Origin: Mytilus trossulus
Lineage: Eukaryota
NCBI RefSeq assembly: GCF_036588685.1
Contig: NC_086373.1
Coordinates: 90,954,001 to 91,018,000 of the forward strand
Direction: 5' to 3'
Length of the DNA stretch: 64,000 nucleotides
In this document: positions 1 to 13,950 of the stretch, piece after piece
Numbering within the stretch: position 1 is the first letter of the stretch
Layout: the number at the start of each line of letters is the position of its first letter
The notes under the pieces: model-generated
What the model saw: only the letters and a program-made list of their open reading frames with translations
What the model was told of the DNA's origin: nothing
Database searches by the model: none
Made by a program: the position numbers and the translations under genes

Positions 1-339
1 TAACCAATCACTTGTAAAAACATTGAGAAGGCAAAACAATAGTTAATAAGTAAATGTCAGGGGTGTTGTTAATATTCATGAAACATTTTTTTATAGACAT
101 ATACCTCATTCTATTGCAAATCCATTGAGCTTTTCTAAAGAGAAAAATAATAGAGCACTTAGCTACATTTTGATTATTGGCTATCACATTCCCAAATTGG
201 TTGTTTATTTTGATATACTATAGGCGATGTTATTCTTAGGCTGGGTTAATCAATTGTTCGAACGTTTAAACTAATTATTTGTAACGCCCTTTGTATTGAA
301 CAGTATTGCTCATTTTTTTACCTTTTTAATTATGCATAG

Positions 340-895
340 TGTTACAGATAAGGGTGAAGGTTGGTACCTATTATAACGTTTAAACCCACTGCAATTGTGT
401 GCAGCTATTCTAAGTCAGGAATCTGATCTTAAGCAGTTTTCGTTTGTTGATGTGGTTCATTAGTGTTTCTCGTTCCTCGTTTTTTATATAGATTAGATCG
501 TTGGTTTTCCCCGTTTGAATGGTTTTACATTAGCTATTTTGGGGGCCCTGTATAGATTGCTGTTCGATGTGATCCACGGTTCCGTGTTGAAGACCGTACT
601 TTTACCTTCAATGGATATAGGAAGTTGTGGTGTGAGTGACAATGAGACTACTCTCCATTCAAATAACAATTTAAAAAGTAAACCATTATAGGTTAAAGTA
701 CGGCCTTCAACACGGAACCTTGGCTCACACCGAACAACAAGCTATAAAGGGCCCCAAAATTACTAGTGTAAAACCATTCAAACGGGAAAACCAACGGTCT
801 AATCTATTATTTTACCTTCAATGGTTTACTTTTATAAATTGTGACTTGGATGGAGAGTTGTCTCATTGGCACTCTTACCACATCTTCTTTTATCT
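340..895 (-). mobile_element. Abundant interspersed repeat containing an inverted partial copy of the same family (615-808)
   Basis: Ends ggagagttgtctcattggcactcttaccacatctt. The same family is on + at ~5520-5865. Confidence 0.75.
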
Positions 896-1080
896 ATATA
901 TACAAAAATGAAGTAAATGTTTAAATGAGCTGATACTTGAATTACAAAAGCATTGTCTTATCATACGTCTTGTCTTTTCTTGTTAAACAATAATGACAAG
1001 GCTAAATGTATATCTTCTCGTTTACAAGTGTTTATAATCCCTTTATAATAAATGAGTATTACGACTCAACATAAAACTTT

Positions 1081-1389
1081 GAATTTGAACTTGCAATTGT
1101 ATAAGTATGACAATGCCTAGGATGTCTTAAAGATGACTATCTCAGAATCATGAAACTGGTAAAATTTAAAATAAAAAAAAAATAAAAAAAATTGTAATTA
1201 AATGTTATATAAAAAAGAAGATGTGGTATGATTGCGAATTTGAACTTGCAATTGTATAAGTATGACAATGCCTAGGATGTCTTAAAGATGACTATCTCAG
1301 AATCATGAAACTGGTAAAATTTAAAATAAAAAAAAAATAAAAAAATTGTAATTAAATGTTATATAAAAAAGAAGATGTGGTATGATTGC
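1081..1389. repeat. Near-perfect 155-bp tandem duplication
   Basis: 1081-1235 and 1236-1389 are identical apart from an A-run length. Confidence 0.95.
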
Positions 1390-4232
1390 CAAAGAGACAA
1401 CTATCCACAAAAGACCAAAATGACACAAACATTAACAAATATAGGTTACCGTATTTTTGCATTTATACATGCTGATCATTATGAAATGCAACCAAGCTCA
1501 CGACATGTGTATTTTTTACGACTTGTGCCAAGGACAGAGCATAATGTTACAAAAGTATAATCTGCTCTTGTCCTATATGTAATATTTAGGATAGTGAATA
1601 TTAATGGAAAGTTCGCATGATACAGTCATTTTGACATCCGACATTAATTCAGTATATCCTATAGGAAATGAGCATATCAATCAATTTTAAGACTATTTAT
1701 GATTCAGGAAAGTGAACTGTTATCATTTGATTTATAAGCAATAAGCCAATAACTGGTATGATCTTTATTTCGTTTGTGTGTGAACGCCATCAATTACTTT
1801 TCTTTCTCTTTTTAATTATAAAGCAATAATAATTGTAGATGTCACAAAAATAAGGAGTCAAATGATTAAATTTGAATTTGCATTTGTAATTTTGTTTGAA
1901 AGAGTAACTGATCTGTTTTAATGCCTTATATTTGTAAACAGTGAAACAAATACCATATTTCAAATCCATTGGTTTACCGCCGAATGTAATAAATATGATA
2001 AAAGCCATATCAATTTTCCAAGACATTCCGACAAAGTTATCGTCAAGAGATTTATCATGCTTTATTTTCATGTATTCAATGAAATCGTTGACTCATATAC
2101 ACTCAACCATTATTTATTTCCTAGATTACCAAACGAAGAGCACATGTCATCAGCAAAAAAATGTAAATGTTATAAAGTTTATTACATCATTGAAGAGTAA
2201 ATTTGTAGTAGGCGACCCAAGACAATTAGCTTTTGCTCGGCGTAATGTAAAGATTACATCATGTAGTGATAAAATAACGTAAAAAAATAGACCTTGAATA
2301 ATACTTCGTTTTGGTATCTATATGTCCCATCTCCGTCGCTATTCCCGTGTCTGTAGTGACGTTTTTAGATTTCAATGAACGCAATCATATACTACTGCAT
2401 GGTGTATTATCTACATAACCACAAATTACGTAAATCTTAAATAAGTTCTTATATAGATCAAAGGTTTGGCTGTACCTGTAGAAAACGTATTATGTTTTTT
2501 TTGGTGTCCTTTGTAACTGGTAGTTCGTTATGTTACACTACTATTACCGGCTCGGATGGTATACCAGCAAATGTGTTTAACTCCACCACATACTGTTTGT
2601 GCCTGTCCCTAATAAATTCCTGTAATTCAGCTCTTGTCTTAAGTCAGGACGTTATAACTGTTTTACATTTGTCCTTTTGGGGCCTTTACAGCTGATTATG
2701 CGATATGGATTTTGTTCATTGTTGTAGGGCATACGATGACCTAAATTTTGAACGTCTACATCATTTTATCTCTGTTGGAGAGTTGCTTCATTGTCGATCA
2801 CAATTATTCTTACAGCGGATGACCATGAGGGCATTCTGGTGTTTTGCTATCATCTAGAGTTCTATTACGTTATATTTTTTTGGCGGGTTTTTAACCGATC
2901 TATAAACATGGTGAATACGTAGACATCATCAAGTGCAAATTAAAATTCCTTATCTCTTGTTATAAATTCATTTCTTCAATGAATACTTATCAAATACTTT
3001 AAAAAAAAAAAAGATGAATTAACAATAATAAAAAGTGTTGTTATATGTATATTTAATAAGTAAAAATCATTAACATCTATGCACATGCATGCGGAAGAAT
3101 ACCTCAAGAACGTTTGCAATCGCAAGGAACGATAGCTCTGCATGGATGATTAACTTTTTTTTGCGGGAAATGCGAATGCCTACTCAAATCTATTCTATTA
3201 GAAAAATCCCATAATTACAGAAGAGTGACGTATCCACCATGCACTTGCACTGCACTTTTATTAATTTAGTAATAGAATTCAAATGATATACAAATACATG
3301 AAAATTATATATACTATATACATGTAAATGTTACAAATAGATATTTTAAAATATAATGTTTAACAATAAACCAGAGTATACTGATTTGTATCACTACAAT
3401 ATAATATTCATTACGGTGAGAATGAATTCCCTGTCATGTTAATTTATCATCCACGCACGAATTAGTCACAGAAAAAAATATATCTGTTCATTAATCTCAC
3501 TTTCAGGTATAGAGATGTCATTTTTTTTTCTCTGAGACAAGGTGCTTGTCGGACCATCCACAAAAACTTGCGGTCATCAGATGTTCAGTACTTCAGCATT
3601 TTAATTATATTTTATATGGATATAGTGTTCAACGATTGTTACAAAATTATAAAAGGGATCTCTAGTATGGTGACCATGATGTTAAAATTATAAACTTTTC
3701 TTTATCTGACTCTGATAGCTTAATATTTTAAATTAAAGAATTGATAGGTCAACGTCAACGAGACAACAACCCTACATCACAAGTTCACAACAACAGAAAC
3801 AATTATAAAGTATGGAAATGAATAGACAGCTAATAAAATAGAGTCAATGTCATATAGATGAAATTGTCTGAATTTTAGTAATTTGTCTAGAATAGAAAAG
3901 CAAGAAGATATTAGATCTAACTATATAAATCCTTGGAATAATGTTTACATCACGAAATTAATTTCCAAATACTTATTTTGTCGATTTCGAGCTCACCCAA
4001 AGTTCACTTAAATTATTGACAAACTAATTTATATGGAACCCAGACAAAGTTTAGTCGTCAAATATACCGAGGATTTATTCAATATTGAGTTGCATTGATT
4101 TGTTTAACGTTGTTTATTTTATCAAATATTCATAATTAAGATGTGGCAGACAGTTTTAAGTAATACAAAGTCTATTTTTTTCACTACACTTTCAAAATGA
4201 TTTCCAGGTGAAATCTTTAAATTGCGTTTTAA

Positions 4233-4662
4233 GGTTCCACTAAAGTCAAAATATAGGACACTTCATAAACATCTAAACTTTGCCTGTATTTTTCAACCTA
4301 TAATGAATAAAGTCATAAACTTTGAGAACATATGTTCATTTAAACATACTTTACATATACACACTGTGTAAATTGTAAATAAACTTGAAATTGTTATGTT
4401 GTGGCCAAACCGGTTCTTGGTGTCAACACTAAATTTTCAAAAAAATCTGCAGGCCTGCAAGACGACTAAATTTGCTTAAAATTGGTATGGAGGAATACTG
4501 TTACATGTAATGCAGGGCAACCTCATGCTGATTTGTCACATACATATGTTTTAATGGCATATTTTTCCAATTTCTGTATTGTACCTTCGATATTCGTTCA
4601 CTTAGATACATGAAATTAACTGAAACTCGAAAATCAATACATTTTATGACTTTAGTGGAACC
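4233..4662. mobile_element. Non-autonomous TIR element with TTAA target duplication (Kolobok/piggyBac-type)
   Basis: TTAA|ggttccactaaagtca … tgactttagtggaacc|TTAA. Confidence 0.85.
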
Positions 4663-5519
4663 TTAAGCCCGTTAGTTAACTCCTTAGCCACTTTATACCA
4701 TATGAAATAGTAATATCGTTGTTCATTAATATCTATAGTTTAATTCAATACCAGCTATTAGATAACATATTTTTTTCTATTTTTCTAACAGTACATACTG
4801 TTCGAGGAGTATCTGTGCCCGCTGTTCACACCATGTTGGTAAAAAGAAAACCAACTAGTTATTTCTAAAATCGTACTTATATATTGAACATCCATTATTA
4901 AAAAATTATTCTATGATGAAATAAATGATAACCATCATAGAATCAAATAAATACTGAGGATTCAGATTTTCTGTTGATCCAAACATGAAAAAAATAACAG
5001 CAACGGAAAAAAAAGCTGGTCCTTTATGATTGATAATAATGGATTTCATGTTTGTTGTCTATCAATTCCAGATAAACTAACCCCATCAGACATTATTCGT
5101 GATGATATATAATATAGGTCTTGATTGAATCTTTGAATTTTGACAAAATTGTCTCTGAGGACAAAATGTTACAATGACAAAAACACGTGTTAAGTCGTAC
5201 GTGTTATTAAAACTGTTTATAGAAACAATTGTATCAAAATATTATGAAATTGTGCTAGACTTGTTGATATTTGTCTACTAGATAAGATATAATACGAAAA
5301 TAAATAACGGAAGGAGTAAAAGCACACGTTTTCCTTCCCTCCTTAAATTCCTATAAATATAGATTGAAAAATCCTATCTTAATTAAGCAACAAGTTCTCA
5401 GTTTAGCCCTCACCAAATAACCTATCACACTTCAGAGTACGACAGATGAGGAAAGCTTATATCAGCTATTGCTTTAATAATAATTGCGACGGTGGCTTAG
5501 TGTATTTGTTTAACATTGA

Positions 5520-5865
5520 TTTAAAAAGATGTGGTACGAGTGCCAATGAGACAACTCTCCAACCAAGTAACAATTTGTAAAAGTGGTTCATTATAGGTTA
5601 AAGTACGGTTCTCTGTTCAACACGGAGCATTGGCTTACACAGAAACAGCAAACTTAAAAAGGCTAAACAAATTACAAGTTTAAAACTTGTCAAACAGGAA
5701 AACCAGAGGTCTAATCCATATATAAAAACGAGAAAGAGAAATACGTATGGACCAAATCAACAAACGACAATCAATGAACATCAGGTTATTGACTTGGGAA
5801 AGGTACAAACAAATGCAGCAGGTTTGAACGTTTTTTACAGGTGTCAACCTTCACCCTAACCTGAT
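5520..5865 (+). mobile_element. Interspersed repeat, same family as 340-895
   Basis: aagatgtggtacgagtgccaatgagacaactctcc … aaccttcaccct. Confidence 0.7.
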
Positions 5866-6675
5866 ATAGTGATGCAATGTAACACTACAACATAGAAAGA
5901 CACATTATTTAATATAAATTGAAATGGCTTAACTCAATACTAATTGATAAAATATTGAATCTGAATCTGTAATGTGATACTACAACACAGAAAGACACGT
6001 TATAAATATCAATTAAAATGGCTTAACTCAATTCTCAATTTGAGTTAATTTTATTTACCATTCAGTGTCACAAACAGGGCCAAAGAAATCGAATTAGTAA
6101 ACCTCTCCACCGAATTCTTCGTTTTATCAATGATTTTACTTGTTTTAAGTTGAACGTAGAAGATATATGCATTGTATATTGTTGTACTCGAACATGATGA
6201 TAGATGAGAAGCTTTGTATAAGTAAACACAACTTAACACAAGTTTAATGGCTTATTTTTATTTCAAAGGTTCCATAATTCTATTATTTTGTTTCAATGTG
6301 TATATGTACTACATTATAAACATGCTGTAACAATTAGTGAAAATGGTTTCTGGTTCTTTTGAAAGTTTCTAATCTGTAAACTTCAAAAATAGTATGTATA
6401 ATTCAACAACTTGTAGTAAGTCAAACACTTAAAAATATCTTCTTCATATAAGTTTGCAAATCAGTTTGCTTTTTACTCTATATTGTTTCGTTTATCGGAT
6501 TCTTATCTTTGTAATTCTTGAAATGAAAATTTCTCCTGTAATTGCGGCGAAAGATATGTCCATCAAATTGTTTGAAAAAGGTTTGATTACTTTCTTTTAT
6601 ATTATTTTTTTCCATCTTTTATTAACAGGGCTACACAAACGCCGTTTCGATACTAAAAAGTAAAATAACAAACAC

Positions 6676-9600
6676 AAATCAATCAATTAATCAAGTTCTG
6701 TAAATTATTGGTTGAAATAAGTTTTTGGTAAATAAGAAACATGAAAATTTGCATAATAATCCATCTTGCATGTCCAAAGCCTTTATATACTGAAATATGG
6801 AAATGACAAAGGTAAACTGGTTATTAAAACCCATAACCTAAATGTTATACTGTTCAACATTGATTGATTTATTGCATTGCTGGGACTGTTAAAGCATAAA
6901 ACATTTTACATGCATGTTTATAACCAACAACCAAATAAATACTACCTTGGTGTGCACGACATATCTTAATGGTAAATTAAGCTCGAAGTTTGAGAAGCAA
7001 AACCTTCAAAGATATAAAACAACAAAGGCATGAAAGTAAGAAGTTTCTAGCCAGAACAATCAACGGCCGTTAAATTAACCTGTTAAAACTGAACAAAAAT
7101 TAGATGAAAGATATTGAGCCGAATTGTATAAATTTAAACATGAAATGACATTATTAGGTTTTTTGTCAATTTCCTTATAACTACTGGAATGTATTTGTAG
7201 TGGTATAAATTGTACGGTATCTGATCAGTATTTTCCAGAAAATTACATAACATTGGGACACATCAGTGGTTAAAGCAGTTGTAACAATCAGATTTATAAC
7301 AGACTTCATCGCAGGAAATCCATTTTATTTGATTAACTTCACGTAACATAGACATATCAATACATAATCTGTCATGAATTCATAATGCGATAGATGACTT
7401 ATTTCCTAAAATAGCATGGAAATATAAGGAAGTAAGAATCTGAAATATCTATGTAAAACGTGGCACTGGATAGTCTAACTGTGGACTGTATTATGTGCCT
7501 GTAATTTCCATGGCATTTGTCATTTGCTTTTTAGAATTTACATTGTTTTCTTCCATAAGTAGTTATACGAGAATAAAAATAATACTACTTAGCCGTCCTA
7601 AAACGAACTGTTAATCTACAAACTACAATAATGTTAATTTCAATATTGACTGTCTCTCCGACTTTTTTTTCAAAACCGTGAACAAAGAACGAAAAACATA
7701 TGACCTACTGTTAAATTGGTTTACCCAAATGAAAAAATTGTACCTATGATTACGAAACATCTATTATAGCTTATTGGGATCCTTAGTATACTACGAAGAT
7801 AGCTTTTTATATTCATATGTTCACACTGCTGCCTAGATAAAACATGTATATGAAGTGACTGTAATGTCAAAGATACACTTTTAAAATAACATAAAAGTAC
7901 ATTATAGCAAGTAATCAATATTTGATTATACAAAATAATTTGTAATTGACTTTCATTATGATTGAATTGTTGTTTGTTTTATTTGATTGTGACCATCAAA
8001 ATTATGTAATGTTGTCATTTCTATTCCTTCGAGACTATTTGTAATCATATAATCGTGCAAATAAGAAAAGGGTATGCGATATGGAAATATTTTTGCTGAA
8101 TAATTACATGGAGTAACCATTAATTAGATTAATAGCAGATGATGTAAAGTAAATGAATAATCCCATGAAAATTATCATCTAGCTGTATGTGACGTTTGTC
8201 TCTAAACGATGCCATGTGATTGTATGGAGGACATGTACATCGTTTGAACCTGTCAAGTCGTACGTAAATTTACGAATAGCGAATGGAAGTTTCGAAAAAA
8301 ACACATGAGACTGACTAGCCAATCAAATTGACGATTTTTGCATCATACTCCGCAGTGTGCACGTGGTAAATGTACGAGGAATATATCTTTTTTTCTCTAT
8401 GTATATACTAGTAGCCATATTTCCTAGCCAAGGGTTCCGATCCAATCCCCTCTCTTTATACAAAAAACATAATCTAAAATGTCACTTTTACTCTCATCTG
8501 AAAATGCAATTTTCATATTTTCAAAATACACAAGGTTTATATAATGGAGCTTTATTTGTTTTTAAGTATCCATATGATTTATGGTTTTGACGCCATTATT
8601 TTGAGTAAGACAATTATTGTTAACGCTTTCCTGTTAGTGATAATTGGTCTTTAAACGTTTCCACAATGTTATAATACAACAATTCAGATCGTTATTTTTT
8701 TTAAAAGTTCGATGTAAATCAGTAAATATGTAGTGTAACAACTGTTTATTACTTTATATAATATTATTATCTCATTTCGGTGTTGCGTTTTGTTATTCAT
8801 CCTTGTTCTGAACAAAAACCATTCTTTCGCAATTTCAGAGACAGACTATACTTATATGAGTGCAACTATCATGATTCAAAGGTACCGGTAAAAGCTGTAG
8901 ACATATAAGTACAGATTGCATGAATTTTATAGCGGGATCTCATGATATCATAAAGTCAAATATGTAGACAGTTAGTTTTATACTCCCAATGCCGTAAGAT
9001 GATAAGTCGTAAACAACATTATATCCCGTCGGTCGACTATTCGATACGGACAGTATGAAACCATGTAACAATATATTAAGCGTTACACCTTTTCCTCCAA
9101 TATCCATAACTTGCATAATCAAAGTTGCCATTTTGATTGTTAATATGTTTATGAAACACGTTTCTGGGGTGGAATTGCCTGATGAGAAGCTATATAAGGT
9201 AACTTTGTCTAACATATCAGACAGTTGTAGCGGGAATATCTGCTTTCCAAATACTGAAACATCAGTTACTATTCCTTATGGTCGTCTGATCTGTAAATTG
9301 ATTGATTGTACTTTATTTCCGGTAGTGAAATTTTGACTCTGTGAATATATTTACTTGGTGGATGATGCGTGAATAGCAGTTGCTGTTTATCCGGTTACGC
9401 TGCTTTTTGGGTTCATACACTTCCCATACTTTATTTTTTACCTTGATAAATGTACTTGATCGTAATTATATTGATGGGTATCTAGCAATGTTGTTCAAAA
9501 AATCTTTCAAATGACACTGAAAGTAACTTTTATCAACAGGAAACTATTGGTTTTTTTTTCTTTCGTACTTAAGAATCAAACGACCAATCATATTTTAACT

Positions 9601-12600
9601 GATGGAATAAAAGCTTTCGTGTGTTATCGGGAATGGTTGATGTTGATCTAAAGTAGCCATTTTTCTTCACTGTTTTGACGATTTGTTAGATTCAATGTGG
9701 TGAAAGCGTTCATGTGGTACTAACATCTTAGAATTTTAGGATTTCGTGTAATGATGGCTTTAAATGGCACACGAACTAACTTTTTATTATAACTTGATGT
9801 AGTATTTTTTCTTCTTTTATTTCGACTTTTTAATTTAAATATCATTAATGTAATTCGGATTTTTAATTAAAATAATTTGAATGACAAATTCAAATCGATT
9901 TGATATTAATTTGAAGTCCCCTGCACTATTTTTCAGATAATTCTTGAAAGGTCATAGTCGGTATTGTAAAGATATATACGTTTCCTGTCTGAATAAACGG
10001 ACAGTTTCATTTATTCATGATTGAAATTTAAAAGAAAAATTTAAATCGTTTATTCAAAACGACAGATTCATACAAAACTTCATGGAAAAAAGAAAGAATT
10101 ACGGAAATAAATTTGGCCTTACAAACAAAACCAATCTTATGTATGTTGTAATATGCCGCATGAGGTAATAATAGATCTTTGTTATTTTTATATACGATTT
10201 GATCCATTCTTATATATCATTATATTTGCAAATTTGTAATCAAACAAATCTCATAGAAACTATACAACAAGAACATGTCTTCAGACGGTGTCTTACTTTA
10301 GAGAATACTCCTTAGTGTTGATATTTTCATCGAGACTCTTCACATGGTGTCTTACCCTAGAGACTACTCCAAAGTGATGATACTTTCATCAAGACTCCCA
10401 TGATAAATATATATAGAAACTTTGTAAGCATCTACATTGATTTTCTTTAGTGTGTCTACGTGAAGCTAATTTCTAGTAGACATTTCACAATATAATTACA
10501 CATATTTTATATAAAAACCCAGAGATATGTGTTGCTTGTCAATGAGACAACTATCAACTAAAACAAACGACTTGAATAGCTAGTTATTAAATATTTAATA
10601 GTAGGCATAAATTTAAACATGCTAACATTAGACCTTTATCAATATGCAAAAACGTCATAAAAGTAAGCTATGTATTGACATTATTACAACTTTAACAATG
10701 AGCAAAGATCTGTTCCGGAAAGTAAACTTATCTAAAGTGGAGATTAAGACAAGCTTGAAGGCGTCAGATTAAATATTTTGTTTCCTCTTCTAGGTTGGTC
10801 CGTTTGTTAATGACCTACAGAAATGAATTTTGGTCGGTAGTTTTTTTTAAACAGATTTATAACCATTCTTCCCATAAGCATGTAAATGCATTATGGAAAC
10901 CAAATACCGTTGTTTCTTTTCTAACAACTGTATAACATAATTTTCCAATGTCCGTTAATGTGCCTTCCTTGCGAGTCATTATTATCAGGGAATACAACAG
11001 TTTGTCAAGACAATACAAACTTCCTATAAATTGTTAAAGATAAGGCGCCAATCTAAAATCCTTCTGCATGGTATTAAGACAGAATGACATTATCAAACGT
11101 TGTTTATTCAGTTCTGTAAATCTGAGAATAAAGTAAGATAATAAATTCCAATTCAGTTTGGTTGCATAACATTTATCTCTTTGTTGTATATGACTGTATA
11201 TTCTCAAAATCATGAGTGTGCAAACAATGATTCCGAAGTCTGTATGTTCACGACTTATTTGCGACACTTATATTTACTACCTTTAAGGTATAGAACCACT
11301 AATTCGGCCCCGGTCGGAAAGAACAGTTCCTACGTAAAACTGTATATAGTTATCAAAAGTACCAGGACTATAATTTATACGCTTGTATCTTTGTCAATAT
11401 GGGAAATATTTGAGTAGTTTTGCTATCAAATGAAAGCTTGGGAACTTAAGTCACTGTAGAATCCTGGTTGAAAGTTTCTTTTGAATAATAAAAAAATTTA
11501 AAATTATAATAGGAAGTACCTGTTTTTGTATTATCAAACTTCCGGGAACATGTATGCTCTAACATGAAATTAAAGGTATGTTAATAAAGTTATAACACGA
11601 TATGACTGTCTCTTTATTTGAAATTGAGACAACGTAGCCATTCAGCTTAAAATTGCAGAATTTAGCAAAGAAAGCAATGGGGCTATGAATTAGTGGTTTT
11701 ATACCTCTTGTTTACATTTTTTACATTGAGTAAATGTAAGTAGACAAGGGACGTCATCATTACTATAAAAACTAATGACGTCAATAAGATCTATCGACTG
11801 TTCTAGCAGGATAATATGATTAACAGCATGTTTTGTCAAGAAAGGTTCCTCAGTGACTTGACAATTTAGTTCTACTCGAGTTTAAATACATTAAAGACGC
11901 CAACTTAATCATAGAATGTACAAGAACATATTTAATTTTTATTTCTAGATGACAGATTAGATCCCAATATCAAATATATCTTGCAAATGCTTTCACTGGT
12001 AATAACAAATTTTCCAATAACAATATACCACATTAATATAGCTGAGAATGTTATCGAATGACTGTTTGGTGTCTATGACACTTCCAAGAAAAGAACTGCA
12101 ACTTAGTAAAGACCGTATTACATTAAGATATTAAAACTATATAAATTGGTTTTGGTACTTTACTTTTATGGAACTAATACAAAATAAGACGATAAAGCTT
12201 TTCTATTTTAAACGCTTATAGATTACGCTTTGATTTAGTAGTTAAACGTGCTATGAAAAGTTCGTAGTTCGGTCCAGAGATTACATTACAAGTTTTATAT
12301 GGTACTTTCCACATTGTGCAATTATTCGGGAACAAAACAATTACAGAAAGAACTTATGAGTTGAAGGGAAAGAAAAAGAAAGATTTTTCCAGTTATGTGT
12401 GTACACTAGACGCACACTTTGTCCGGAAAAGACTCATCAGTGGAACTCGAATCAACAAAGTTAAAAAGCTAAAATGAGTACGAATTTGAGGAACAGAGAG
12501 AATATAAAATTCCGAAACATTTTGCCAAGGATGAATAACTAATATATAATTTACGTCATTGGTTTTGAGAACGCAGCTAAGCTATTCTTGGGATAAAAAT

Positions 12601-13950
12601 CATGTGATTTTCTTGTTTTCATGTACACCTCATTTCCATATTTTCAAAGAAAAAATAAACACACAAACTAAAATCAGAAGATAAACCTGACCTCGTGATA
12701 TTTATTGTCGCATGTTTCACCCCTCGAGAGTGATACATATTGTTTACTCATTTCTATGATAAAGTTATATAATTTGAGCTTCATAATAATAGTGCTCTTA
12801 TATAGAATGTATAATGAACAAAACAACATCTTTGTTTGTAACAGTTTTTCATTAAGTTATGAATGTCCCTTTGTCGATGTATTCGACTGGCATAAAATGT
12901 TAATATCAATAAAGTAACTGGGATCTCTTTGATCAAGCAAATCTAAAAGATTAAAACACACCATGCTTCAACAATAATGTTAAGTGCTTGTGGTCAAACA
13001 CAGTTACGTCAAGATCAGAATAATAATGATTTACACATTCTAATAATCGTTTGAGAAATGAACTGACTGTAATTACGTCATCCACATTGCGTTTTACTTA
13101 TAAAATTCTTTCAGCAGACAGTTTAGTTTGAAACATGTCAATTTTCAATTTTTTTGTGTAATTTGACTCAACAAAACGCAATAGTAAGTAAGCAAAATTG
13201 GAAAGAACTGATACAAAATACAACATGCACTTTTATTACTCAAATTGTACATTTACAAAATTTATAGTCACGAATCACACTAAACCACAAAGTTCAACTC
13301 ACATAACTCTTTAACAGGAAAAAAACATCACATCGAGTTCAAAAAAGAAAAAAAACCGTGTTTAATTTTAAACAAACCTCAGTTGTTATTGGTGATATAT
13401 ATTCCCTTCAAAAATAAATTTGATTAAATCTTTGATGAACTGTTTTCTAAAATAAAAAAGATAAAACTCAACAATTGTCGTCGGCCTTAATCATTGGTAT
13501 CAATATTGTATTAAACTTCAAACGAACTCTTACGGTAAAATCTAAGGATAAATATTCTTCCGAAAATTACAGAAAATATTAAATGTAAATTATTTCCACA
13601 AACGCTTATTACACAAAAAGTTATATTTAAAGCAAACATTGTTAGAAAACTAAATGCATAAACAGGAGATAACCTTATATTTAGGCAAAATATAATTCCC
13701 CTATATCACAATCAAGCTTTTGGAAACTGCTGTAAACTTTGCACATGCTCTTAGAAATGGCGCAACAATGGCAAAACATAACCAATAAACGCAGAGGATA
13801 AGCAAACGAATATAATACTGCTGTCCATAATAGGTTATTACATTCTTATTTATTCTAGTTGAGAAACTTTATTTAATTTTATAAAGTCTAATGCTTTCGT
13901 ATATTTTTTACCAATAAATTATTGACATACCAAAAATATACACGGAAACT
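6676..13950. repeat. Tandem segmental unit, copy 1
   Basis: Collinear homology with copies 2 and 3, e.g. gtaattatattgatgggtatctagcaatgttg at ~9462/18535/28605 and aagataaggcgccaatctaaaatcctt at ~11037/20483/30362. Boundaries approximate. Confidence 0.9.

Noticed and set aside
7262-7313. C/D-box snoRNA in a conserved block (minus strand GCGATGA…CTGA…CTGA)
   Set aside because: C box is non-canonical, the terminal CTGA is not kept in copy 2, and there is no terminal stem.
13380-13830. Mitochondrial insertion (numt) or RT motif (FIVEGKIYHQ)
   Set aside because: No recognisable mitochondrial gene, and the expected GxxMG and YxDD RT motifs do not follow.
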